Source: Epiperipatus broadwayi
Lineage: Eukaryota > Animalia > Onychophora
NCBI GenBank assembly: GCA_028023455.1
Contig: JAQFVV010000009.1
Coordinates: forward strand, 13,826,001 to 13,890,000
DNA length: 64,000 bases
Direction of reading: 5' to 3'
This document shows, in pieces, positions 63,897-64,000 of the stretch. Under the pieces are notes generated by a model. It had not been told where the DNA came from, searched no databases, and worked only from the letters and a program-made list of their open reading frames with translations. Numbering within the stretch: position 1 is the stretch's first letter; the number at the start of each line of letters is the position of its first letter. The position numbers and the translations under genes were made by a program.

Positions 63897-64000
63897 CATG
63901 TTAAATGTATATAAAAAATCATAATTAACATTTTATTTTTTTTTTGTCTTGGGAAAAAAGAATGATTGAATTTAGTCAGCACCAAATGTATAGGAGCCCC

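Overview
Very AT-rich, CpG-depleted eukaryotic DNA, most likely from an animal: the SINE head matches the metazoan tRNA-Gly(TCC) sequence as I recall it. The window is dominated by transposon debris. It holds several decayed RTE-clade LINEs plus one young copy (17.3-18.3 kb), and two Penelope-like elements (PLEs; RT plus C-terminal GIY-YIG) at 55.1-57.6 and 61.6-63.9 kb. It also holds a Merlin (ISXO2/IS1016-like) transposon with TIRs and TSD, three Buster/Charlie-type hAT MITEs, a solo LTR and six copies of a short tRNA-Gly-derived SINE. The most striking signal is a set of type I hammerhead ribozymes with short palindromic stem III: family A has 8 hammerhead copies, family C has 2, and both PLEs carry decayed ones. 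They sit in insertions that share one architecture: TSD - main arm with a 35-70 nt unique 3' tail - inverted, tail-less second arm - TSD. One locus has a tandem dimer whose two cleavage sites are 466 nt apart, as in circRNA-producing retrozymes. One PLE has a tRNA-like Pol III promoter just upstream of its hammerhead. No host gene can be called with confidence; a few minus-strand exon candidates (80-1417) and CpG-retaining patches are noted. No CRISPR, rRNA or intact tRNA gene was seen. All calls are by eye; LINE boundaries are approximate.
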